DNA of 64,000 nucleotides, taken from a virus. Made by a program: the position numbers and the translations under genes. Positions within the stretch are counted from its first letter, which is position 1; every line of letters starts with the position of its first letter. The stretch lies in IMG/VR virus record IMGVR_UViG_3300035204_001874, positions 1-64,000 of that record; one strand, given 5' to 3'. Under the pieces are notes generated by a model. It worked only from the letters and a program-made list of their open reading frames with translations, was not told the DNA's origin and did not search any database. This document shows, in pieces, positions 55,724 through 64,000 of the stretch.

Positions 55724-58700
55724 CTACTCTAAGCCTCCTAATGGATTATTACCACCAGCAGCTTCATATGCATCTGCTATAGTACAGTTTATACCACATT
55801 CCATCATAATTCTAGACGCTTCTTGTGATCTTTTTGCTGCTTCCCGTTCACTTAACGTCTGCCAATCTGGGGTACTGTCAGGTGCGGGGGGCTTGGTGTC
55901 TTTCCAGCATTTATTTACGCAAGCTTTCATTTGCACTCGATCATGTAAGACCGCCCCCCCAAGCATATCTCTCACTACAAACCATGCTTCTTGGTTAGTG
56001 GCCTTAGGCCCATCTACAATGACCCACCTTGTAACTACGCCGCCAACAACGATGCCAATCTTCCAACCTACCCCCACGGGGAAACATATTAAAGCTGCTG
56101 CTCCTCCCGCTATTGTGGCAGCCGAGAGGGCAGCTTTCCCAGCTTCTGCCAAGCCTTCCATAACTGCATTCGCTAGTTCTTGGGTCGCGTTAAACTCTTT
56201 ACTATCTTCAAATTTTCCAGCGAGCGCGGCCCCCCAATGAGCAAAAACATCTTGTTGACCCACAACTATGCTATCCATGCCTAAATGGCAGGTCGCGGTT
56301 AGATAATTGCAATGGTCTGCCCCCCGAGAAGTGCAGGGGCTAACTTCTGTACCTAAGTATTCTGCGTATTTTTTATTTATATAAGTGTTACTTCGTTTTT
56401 CTATACTGTAATCCGCCCTAGAGTACCACGCTGGCATTTTACACTGAGTACCTATAGCTAGTCGTTTTTGATGGTCGAATTTCTTGTATTTTGTTAGGTT
56501 ATTTCCCTTTAAATCTGCAAGTATAGACTCCCTTACTAATTTATATGGAGTAGCCCATGGACCCCTCATTATTCTACGGTACCCTCCCCTAACTGGTTTT
56601 GGACCCATCCCAGGATGCGCTGTGTAGGATATAGTTTCGTCTTTGTATCTGTGATCTGCTGATATTTGAATTATATATTTATCAAATCCTATGCTCGGTT
56701 GAGCTTCTTTAACTAAAGTTCTTTTAAATTTTACATAGTTTGATAGTGCCAGCAATTTTCCTCCTGGGAAAAACCCGTAATTGTATTTCATGCTTAGGCA
56801 CGGGTCGAAACAAAGACCCGCCATTAACTGCAAATTGTCACAGCCGTAATTTTTTCCAGGATCAACCCCTAAGTTTTTTCCGTAATAATAATACGTACAT
56901 CTTGGGTCTCCGTGGGTAAGGGGGTGGCTTACTAGGGGGCTACCTGGTTCTTCTCTACGGTCATCTACGCAATGTAGTCTGATTGTGCCACATCCAGTTT
57001 TCATGCCGTGTCTGCCAAATCGTAAACCTTTAGTATTGTAACCAGCACCAAAAGCTTTTTTGCGGGTGTCCTTCATCCATTTAACTTTTGCACTAATTTT
57101 TTTGCCTTGTTGCTTTAAATAAAGACCGTAAATAGCGGGAGGATCATAAAGGTGAATTTGTCTATTGTGACCAGCGGAATAGAAAGCTTCAGATAGTCCG
57201 TTCCCGTTTCTATCCCTGTTGTGGTTCATCGTTTTCCATTCAAAAGCATAAGGACCATACATTGGCTCTCTTTTTAAGTAAGTATTGTAAGGTTTTCCCC
57301 CCCAAAAAAATTGGATAGCTGATGAGCCCCTCCTTAAACCTGGAGCAATGTAGCTGTGGTTCGCTGTTCTCTTCGTGCCTTTCCCGTTACAAGCTAACCA
57401 AACCCTTTGGTGATTCTCTACAAAATAAAGCATGAATCTTCCAGCGGAACCAGAGCGTGCGTTTATTTCGCTCCCCGGAATTGGTTCTCCATGGCCGCAC
57501 CAGCCACAATTGCTACCAGCAAGCGTAGTTCCTCCAATTAATCGTTGAGCATCCTTAAAATTTCGCTCTCTTGTCCCGCTTCTTTCCCCTCCCCAATAGT
57601 AGACATCATCTGTGTCGGCAGCTTCGTATTTAAATATCTTGCCTTGACCGAGACCTTTGGTTTCATGATATCCTGCTTTGCCAAATCTTGGTATTTTTCC
57701 TAAAAGATTTGAAAATTGCCAAGCTGTTCCCATGCCCCAATAACCAATCATAAGTTCTGGATAATCCCGATAAGAGTCTGTCTCTGGCCAAGGGTAAAAT
57801 TCTCCATGATGAAAAAGCTGCCTTGGTTTTAGACCGGGTGGATTATGATCACACAATACAGCAGGATCACGAACACTAAAATGTCTAATGGCGGACCCAT
57901 TAAACGTGAGGCTTAATCTTGGACCCTTGTTCCCAGGGTACATTTCGTAATTTTTACACTTAGGTAAATGTTGATATCCGTAAATTAAATCCCCTACTGA
58001 TTGCGATCCTTTTTGGTTCGCGTCCAACATTAGCCCGAAAGGGTATAGTAACCCGTATTCGAAATAAGATGCTTGATCTGCTCGCGTACCCCGAATGTCT
58101 GTTTGCACAGGGGGTTGATAAGTTCTAGTTGTACCTCTAAAGTTTTCCATTCCAACTGGAGCGAATGATTCGCAGTTGTTGGATAGGTTCATGTACGTTC
58201 TCCAAGTATTTTCCCAAGCAGCGTTTGGGTCTCTTGTAATGCCAGCAAACGGCATAACCTTATTTCCTGCTGCCCCTGGTATCCCTTGCCACTTCATATT
58301 TGCGCCGAGTTGTTCTCCCGCTCCAAAAAGTCCAGGCACAAAAGATACAGACGTGAAGTCTTTTTTTCCAAACCAAGGATTTACGGATATCCCAAGGCCA
58401 AGTGTCCCTTCAGCGGGGGAACCGTTTCTAACTGACACATCCATTCGTAACCAGTTTTCCGTTTCTAAATTCGCATACTCACTCCTCCTCATTCCAAACC
58501 TTCCAGAGGCAAGCGCAAAATAGTAATATTCTTCATCAGGGTCATCACTACCGTACCCTTTCGCGCCTTTTTGAAATATCATTGATGCAGTATTGCGTCC
58601 TGTTTTTACCGTGTAAGAATCCATATCGGCTCCTGGTTTTAACCCGTCGCAAGATATCGATTCGAACCAACCTCCATTTTTTGGGTTTTGGTATACGATT

Positions 58701-61700
58701 CCTTCGCAATCTAGCTTATATCCAAATGTTCCATAACCAACGGTGTACGTGGTGTTACCGTTTACCACGTTCCCCTTTGTTAAAACGTAAGAGCTAGTTT
58801 GATTATTCGCTCCGTTATGCGTTTCTTCTAGGTTTACAGAGCCACTGACCCACAAAGTGGTAACGTCAGGGTTACCTCCAGCGCAAGGGGAGGCGTTATT
58901 CGCGCAATGAGTAAAGGTTCCGTGTAAGCCGATTTCTTCTGGACGGTAATTACAATAAGCTTCTGGGGGCCACTCCGCATCACCTTGAGCAATCGTTCCC
59001 GCTGTTAACATCGCATCTTGATTAATTTTGGGCGTGTTGGGCCATTTGCAGGTGTTAGGATTCCCAGCGTTTTTTAAGAATTGAGCTTCATTACCTTGGT
59101 ATTCGTCTACATGACTTTCAGCAACACTTTCGTAAGGGTGAAACAGGGTACAATCTTTGGTTCCTCTCCCTCCCCTTCCTTCTATGCAAGCCCAATTCCC
59201 CTCTAAGGAAGCTGGTTCTGCGTACTCTAAAACAGACAACATTGCTTTGTTGCCACCTATCGCGTCATCTAATGGGGAGCTTACGTTAGTAAGAGCAGGA
59301 TCATTTGTATCTAACTTACTTTTGTGAATTCTATACCACTGCATGTCTATTGGGTAAAGACTTTGCCCATCGGGGTCTACTAATTTTAAATTGTTTACCC
59401 AAAAGTCAATTTCTGGATATCCCTTACCGACTTTATCCTCTGGTATTGTGTGGTAATCTACAACGTCGCACCGGAACGTCGGGGATTGCCCAATTTTACA
59501 TACAGCATCCAATGGTTGTTGGGTGAAAATCGGAGTAAAGCAGGAAAAATTAGGATCAAGTTTACCTACGCCACCCATTCCTTGAAGCCTCCATGGAGAC
59601 CTTTTTATTGCAGCGTCTTTAATCTTTCCTATTATGCTTGCGCTAATGTTGTAGGATTTACGTGGCAAATCCCCGCCACAATTTACATTATTGTACATGC
59701 CCCCATAGAAAAAGTGATTTGCTCCTGCTTGAAGTTGCACAATGTCTTGTATACCTGTTACTAAATCCTTAGAAGCGTAAACACCTTGGAAGTATCTTCG
59801 TTCTACTTCCGGCATATCATCGACAGTTTGTGCGCTATCAACCGTAGCTCGCCCCCAATGATTGTCATTTAAATAGCCAGTCATATGGTCTACCGCAAAA
59901 GTTATTTGGCTTAGTGGGAATAGATCAGTAGCCATACCTCTGTTGTGGTTTTCTACGTATCTGGTAAGTAGCCTTCTTTCTCTGCTTTCGATGAGCCTTC
60001 TGTAAAAATCTTCATCAGCCTTCCCTGGTACTTCTACCACATAAGAACAAAAGTTTTTCAATATATGATTCCAAGCGTTGATAGCTTTTTCGCCATTGCA
60101 AAAGACGTTATTTCTTCTGTCATCTTGCAGTTCTCGCGTGAATCTTTCATATCTTTCATTTGTGAATAAAATATCGCTTCTATCTGAGTCTATTGAGTAG
60201 GTTAACGGTCCACTTTGAAATAGCTCATCTGGGCCTCCTCCGCCTTTGAACAAAATAAGATCGCTATTCTTCCATTTTCCTAGATTCGCTTTGCAGGTTA
60301 CTTCATCTGTGTATTGAGGAAGCATTTGATTGCTTGCTAGTGACCAACAAGTTCCAACTTCTACGCTTTTTAAAAAGTGCTCTTTTGTTCCGCCAAGATG
60401 ATAATCAAAGTCGTCCTTTAATCTGCTTAACGCTCTTTTAAATCCTTCTGATCCGTCTCCAACAAGGTCTTTTTTCCATTCGTTAGATGCGACTATTAGG
60501 GGCCAATTAGCCCAGATAAAGAAGCCTATATTTCCAGCAAACCACTCGCTTGCTCTTTGTTCGCTTTTAGCTACTTTCAGAAGGGTTCTGTAGTCGTCTT
60601 CAGAGCAGGAAGAGTTTAAAACGGGAGGTTCAATATAAGCGGCAGTTGTGTTGTTGACGCTTCCTGGAGGAATTTCATTCCCGACGCCATCACAACAATT
60701 ACAGTCGGAAATATTCAAAGGCCAATCTCTTGGAATGTCGCCAGCTACTGGTATAACACCTCCAGCGAGAGGTACCCCTGGATTAGGTGATGAAATTTGA
60801 TTTGGTTGATTATCACACGAAAGCTGCCATTTACGCACATTCCATTGTCCTGCCACCCACTGCTCCTTTCTAACATTGCACCAAAACTGAGTTACCCCAG
60901 GTTGCTCGACCCCCTTTACGTAACATCTACCGCCACCAAAACCTTCGCAATTCCACTCAGCGGTAATTTCGTTACCGTGAATATCATTCGTTGGAGTACA
61001 GTAGGAGTGGCAGTCTTCTTGTGGTAGACTGCTATCTCCCCAGCAAGTAGAAGAGGCGTTGGTGCTGCCAGCGGTAGAGCCTATTTCTATATCCCACGCA
61101 TTATTTAAGGCGTCACGTTCCTCTTGGGGGTCAGAATCAGCATTTAAAACATAACATTCCTCATCAATTTTAATAATTTTATATTTGAGATATTGAGTTT
61201 TAGCTTTATTTCGAGCCTCGAATGAAGGACCACTATCAAATTGTTTTTCTACCCTTAGTATTTTCGCAGCATTTCTAGATGTCCAATTGCCCCCGTCAAC
61301 AGCGTTGTTTGGTGGGAAGTTTTTAAATTCGTCAAGTCTCCTATAGTAGTAAAAATGATACGCTAAATCATCCACACCGTCATTGGTTGAACCAGAAAGA
61401 TCAGCGGAGGTTCTTCCGCATTTATTTAAAAATCTAGCCCCGTAAAAACCGAACTTGCCTATTGCAGCATAATAAGGAACATCAAAATATTCATTTGGGC
61501 AAGCGTGTATTGGGGTTGCTGAAGACCAAGGGAGATAATCGATAGTATTTGGGCACTGCCTGTATGTCCAATAATGATTTTGGGTCGCCATCGAAGCACC
61601 CTTGCCTTCCATTCCAACAAATGAAGTTACAAGATTACTTGAGGTGTTTTCCGTTTGGTTAAAGAACTCTTCGTGATTATATCTAAATATGAAATGCCAA

Positions 61701-63025
61701 TAGACAGAATCACTATAACCGAGGAAGTTAGCTTGATCATTAAATGCTGCTCCAGGTCCAGTCGCAGCCCCCAATTGAATATTCGTGCAAGAAGAGCAAG
61801 CTGACACTGCTGTATTTGTTTCTAACGCTCTAGCGTTGCAAATTTTTCCTCTTAATTTAGTTTCGGTAATGCCCGCAATTGGATAGGTTAGCCTAGGGTA
61901 AGCGTTATTTCCTCTTTGGTTCAAAAAAGTTCCTGCGTCATCCAAAAACCAACCTTGGTATAACCCTTGTCCACCCGTATAACAAGTCTGAGTCCTATAA
62001 ACATGGGCTTGCGCGTGCCCATCCATATCTACCGCCGAAGGAAATGGGTTGTCATTATAAAAATTTCCCGCTAAACGAGCGTACACTGAGCCTGGGTGCC
62101 AACCATAAGTCGTTTCAACAAAGTAAACGGACGGTTCAAATTCTGGAGGGCATTCCTCTGAAGGTGCATGAATGGGGTGGACTTCCCCTCTCTTCGTGTC
62201 TTGCGACACCAATGGGCCAGTAGTTGGGAAAGTCGTTCTGATACCCCAATAGGCGCGTTTTTCCTCAATGGACATTTTTTTGCAACACGACCCATAACCT
62301 CCGGGTAATTCTCCAGCTAACATGGACAATTCCGCCATCTGCCCCTCAAGTCCCTCATCGCCCCCTTCTATTGTTAGTGTCGGATTCTCTCCGTAGGGAG
62401 GTTGGTAATACCCCGGCGCATAAAATGCATTATAAAAATTATAATTACCGGATATTCCTTGATTTTCTATGGGCCTTGTCCCGTGGCAAAGCTCAAAAAT
62501 AGGCAATGAATAAGTGTATTCAAAAGTTACAGCTTCTCCTCGACCCTTGGTGCTTGCTATGGCCATGTGGGGGGATTGATAAAAGCTTTGTAATTTTCCT
62601 TCTTTTTTATTGTATTGATGAAAAGCGTCAGGGCCACGATCATTATCAGCAGCAACGTAACCTTGGTATATGAGAGGGAAGGTGCCTTCGCCAGCTATCC
62701 GAGTTACCAAAGCTCCCGTCCAGTAATTATCTACACTGTCGTCGCGAGCGTAACCAAGGGGAACAGATTTGATATTTAGCTGGCTCCAATTTAGCATGTT
62801 AGGCATTGTCCCATCAGGTGGGGAGCCAAGGTTGCCTCTCGTGTCAGATTTGAAATAATTTCCTTTATACTCAATTACGTCATTTAACTGGTAAGTTTCC
62901 CTACTTGACCACTGATAGGTGCCGCCTCCTTTGGGATATATTCTAAGATAGGTGGCCGTAAGAGCCCCCAAGAATTCGGGGGGGAGCTTTGTGCGATAAT
63001 TCTGTATGAACTCTGGTACCTGCAT
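55724..63025 (-). CDS. Giant putative virion/adhesion protein (2433 aa)
   Basis: N-terminal CBM5/12-like WSSRETYQLNDVIEYKGNYF; Ig-like PIFTQQP...TFRC; Cys-rich modules; hydrophobic C-terminal helices. Confidence 0.6.
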   Translation of the reverse strand: MQVPEFIQNYRTKLPPEFLGALTATYLRIYPKGGGTYQWSSRETYQLNDVIEYKGNYFKSDTRGNLGSPPDGTMPNMLNWSQLNIKSVPLGYARDDSVDNYWTGALVTRIAGEGTFPLIYQGYVAADNDRGPDAFHQYNKKEGKLQSFYQSPHMAIASTKGRGEAVTFEYTYSLPIFELCHGTRPIENQGISGNYNFYNAFYAPGYYQPPYGENPTLTIEGGDEGLEGQMAELSMLAGELPGGYGSCCKKMSIEEKRAYWGIRTTFPTTGPLVSQDTKRGEVHPIHAPSEECPPEFEPSVYFVETTYGWHPGSVYARLAGNFYNDNPFPSAVDMDGHAQAHVYRTQTCYTGGQGLYQGWFLDDAGTFLNQRGNNAYPRLTYPIAGITETKLRGKICNARALETNTAVSACSSCTNIQLGAATGPGAAFNDQANFLGYSDSVYWHFIFRYNHEEFFNQTENTSSNLVTSFVGMEGKGASMATQNHYWTYRQCPNTIDYLPWSSATPIHACPNEYFDVPYYAAIGKFGFYGARFLNKCGRTSADLSGSTNDGVDDLAYHFYYYRRLDEFKNFPPNNAVDGGNWTSRNAAKILRVEKQFDSGPSFEARNKAKTQYLKYKIIKIDEECYVLNADSDPQEERDALNNAWDIEIGSTAGSTNASSTCWGDSSLPQEDCHSYCTPTNDIHGNEITAEWNCEGFGGGRCYVKGVEQPGVTQFWCNVRKEQWVAGQWNVRKWQLSCDNQPNQISSPNPGVPLAGGVIPVAGDIPRDWPLNISDCNCCDGVGNEIPPGSVNNTTAAYIEPPVLNSSCSEDDYRTLLKVAKSEQRASEWFAGNIGFFIWANWPLIVASNEWKKDLVGDGSEGFKRALSRLKDDFDYHLGGTKEHFLKSVEVGTCWSLASNQMLPQYTDEVTCKANLGKWKNSDLILFKGGGGPDELFQSGPLTYSIDSDRSDILFTNERYERFTRELQDDRRNNVFCNGEKAINAWNHILKNFCSYVVEVPGKADEDFYRRLIESRERRLLTRYVENHNRGMATDLFPLSQITFAVDHMTGYLNDNHWGRATVDSAQTVDDMPEVERRYFQGVYASKDLVTGIQDIVQLQAGANHFFYGGMYNNVNCGGDLPRKSYNISASIIGKIKDAAIKRSPWRLQGMGGVGKLDPNFSCFTPIFTQQPLDAVCKIGQSPTFRCDVVDYHTIPEDKVGKGYPEIDFWVNNLKLVDPDGQSLYPIDMQWYRIHKSKLDTNDPALTNVSSPLDDAIGGNKAMLSVLEYAEPASLEGNWACIEGRGGRGTKDCTLFHPYESVAESHVDEYQGNEAQFLKNAGNPNTCKWPNTPKINQDAMLTAGTIAQGDAEWPPEAYCNYRPEEIGLHGTFTHCANNASPCAGGNPDVTTLWVSGSVNLEETHNGANNQTSSYVLTKGNVVNGNTTYTVGYGTFGYKLDCEGIVYQNPKNGGWFESISCDGLKPGADMDSYTVKTGRNTASMIFQKGAKGYGSDDPDEEYYYFALASGRFGMRRSEYANLETENWLRMDVSVRNGSPAEGTLGLGISVNPWFGKKDFTSVSFVPGLFGAGEQLGANMKWQGIPGAAGNKVMPFAGITRDPNAAWENTWRTYMNLSNNCESFAPVGMENFRGTTRTYQPPVQTDIRGTRADQASYFEYGLLYPFGLMLDANQKGSQSVGDLIYGYQHLPKCKNYEMYPGNKGPRLSLTFNGSAIRHFSVRDPAVLCDHNPPGLKPRQLFHHGEFYPWPETDSYRDYPELMIGYWGMGTAWQFSNLLGKIPRFGKAGYHETKGLGQGKIFKYEAADTDDVYYWGGERSGTRERNFKDAQRLIGGTTLAGSNCGWCGHGEPIPGSEINARSGSAGRFMLYFVENHQRVWLACNGKGTKRTANHSYIAPGLRRGSSAIQFFWGGKPYNTYLKREPMYGPYAFEWKTMNHNRDRNGNGLSEAFYSAGHNRQIHLYDPPAIYGLYLKQQGKKISAKVKWMKDTRKKAFGAGYNTKGLRFGRHGMKTGCGTIRLHCVDDRREEPGSPLVSHPLTHGDPRCTYYYYGKNLGVDPGKNYGCDNLQLMAGLCFDPCLSMKYNYGFFPGGKLLALSNYVKFKRTLVKEAQPSIGFDKYIIQISADHRYKDETISYTAHPGMGPKPVRGGYRRIMRGPWATPYKLVRESILADLKGNNLTKYKKFDHQKRLAIGTQCKMPAWYSRADYSIEKRSNTYINKKYAEYLGTEVSPCTSRGADHCNYLTATCHLGMDSIVVGQQDVFAHWGAALAGKFEDSKEFNATQELANAVMEGLAEAGKAALSAATIAGGAAALICFPVGVGWKIGIVVGGVVTRWVIVDGPKATNQEAWFVVRDMLGGAVLHDRVQMKACVNKCWKDTKPPAPDSTPDWQTLSEREAAKRSQEASRIMMECGINCTIADAYEAAGGNNPLGGLE

Positions 63026-63033
63026 CTTTTCCC

Positions 63034-63066
63034 TTGACTTTTCCTTCTACCCCTGTATAATTACAC
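63034..63066. promoter_or_regulatory. Overlapping divergent promoters
   Basis: Plus strand TTGACT-N16-TATAAT (63034-63061); minus strand GTGTAAT (63060-63066) upstream of the giant genes. Confidence 0.65.
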
Positions 63067-63071
63067 CTATT

Positions 63072-63644
63072 ATGATACAGTTTTATAAGCCTAATGCTAA
63101 AAATATGGGGGCTGCTTGCTCGTTTTGGTATAGCCCGCAAAATAAAGCATTCTTTGCGTCTATCATACGTCAAGCCTCTTGGGATGCTAAAAGCAGAACT
63201 GGTTCTTTTCGAAAAAATAAAGATAATCCACAAAAAAACGTTAAAATTAAATTAAATTTAAATGAAGTTGGTGGAATATTAGACTGTTTAGAGAATTGTA
63301 GAGAATTTGAAGGATATCACAACAGTCCACAGGCGGAACATATTACCAGAATGAAATTCGCCCCCTATATGAAGGAAGGTAACCAATTAGGACATATCTT
63401 TATGGCAACGAAAGAGCCAAAAGATGACCCCTCAGAAAAGGTATCTTTTAGTATAGCTCTAAACTTTGGAGAATCTATCGCTCTCCGTCAGTGCTTGCTA
63501 TTTATGATTGATACCCTATTCTCTGATAAGGTTGCGGAGATTAAAAGTAAAGATAACTCCAAAACTCAGAAATATCAAAAAACCGCCGCCCCCAAAGAGG
63601 AAAAAGCAGCATCTCCAGTTGATATAGATGACATCGTGTTTTAA
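63072..63644 (+). CDS. Putative ssDNA-binding protein (Whirly/PC4-like)
   Basis: Two beta-beta-alpha halves (KIKLNLNEVGGIL; SIALNFGESIAL); acidic aromatic tail DIDDIVF. Confidence 0.5.
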   Translation: MIQFYKPNAKNMGAACSFWYSPQNKAFFASIIRQASWDAKSRTGSFRKNKDNPQKNVKIKLNLNEVGGILDCLENCREFEGYHNSPQAEHITRMKFAPYMKEGNQLGHIFMATKEPKDDPSEKVSFSIALNFGESIALRQCLLFMIDTLFSDKVAEIKSKDNSKTQKYQKTAAPKEEKAASPVDIDDIVF

Positions 63645-64000
63645 ATGAAAAAGAAAAAAATACTTTTCCAAACTGATTACTGTTTGGCAAAGACTGGCTT
63701 CGGGCGTAATGCAAAAATCTTGCTTGAATACCTGTACAGAACGGGCAAGTACGACTTAGTCCATTACGTAGTTGGTCTAAATTATTCTAATCCCGAACTG
63801 AAGCGGACTCCTTGGAAATCTGTTGGGTGTTTACCTGACAGCCAGCAAGAAATGCAAGAGCTTCAAAAAGACCCAAACGTAGCGAGATTGGCCAGTTACG
63901 GGTCTCACTACATAGATAGAGTTATTCAAGAAGAGAAGCCAGATATTTATATGGCAACTCAAGATATCTGGGGCGTAGACTTCGCAATAGGGAAAAAATG
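63645..64000 (+). CDS. Glycosyltransferase (GT-B), partial
   Basis: Manual translation MKKKKILFQTDYCLAKTGFGR...EKPDIYMATQDIW; runs off the window. Confidence 0.75.
   Translation, partial: MKKKKILFQTDYCLAKTGFGRNAKILLEYLYRTGKYDLVHYVVGLNYSNPELKRTPWKSVGCLPDSQQEMQELQKDPNVARLASYGSHYIDRVIQEEKPDIYMATQDIWGVDFAIGKK

Noticed and set aside
55716-56240. Plus-strand 174-aa ORF and other short antisense ORFs in the track
   Set aside because: Shadow ORFs opposite well-supported genes, with no motifs.
50222-63025. Diversity-generating retroelement targeting the giant proteins
   Set aside because: No reverse transcriptase in the window and no TR/VR repeat pair noticed by eye. A self-alignment would be needed to exclude it fully.
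1-64000. Stop-codon reassignment
   Set aside because: Conserved genes (nrdAB, dnaB, dnaE core, thyX, guaC) are full-length in code 11, and TAA, TAG and TGA all end genes.

Overview
A 64-kb fragment of a large (probably jumbo) tailed dsDNA phage that uses the standard genetic code. The host is probably a Gram-negative aquatic bacterium (inferred from heptose and sulfation genes and a sigma-54-type promoter). The left part (1-30.8 kb, mostly minus strand) is an accessory region: APS kinase, an ExbB/ExbD-like membrane pair, a stand-alone TnpB, guaC, a multi-HTH HNH nuclease, a DNA methyltransferase, heptose kinase, thyX, ClpP, a trypsin-like protease, AcpS and ACP, two sulfotransferases, two tRNAs, Hsp20, nrdAB and dCMP deaminase. 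The middle (30.9-50.2 kb, plus strand) carries a candidate structured ncRNA, dNMP kinase, a sigma factor, a glycan-modification cluster and a replication module (RecA, DnaB, primase, Cas4-like nuclease, and a DnaE-type polymerase split over three genes). The right end holds two giant Cys/Thr-rich putative virion proteins, a Whirly-like SSB candidate and a partial glycosyltransferase. Best leads: (1) TnpB with an omegaRNA-like scaffold UPSTREAM of the ORF under its own promoter; (2) a ~350-nt highly base-paired intergenic RNA; (3) a phage ExbB/ExbD-type proton-channel pair; (4) the split DnaE whose PHP piece is fused to a nuclease-like domain; (5) two phage-specific promoter motifs. All calls come from reading motifs by eye; no searches or folding programs were run.
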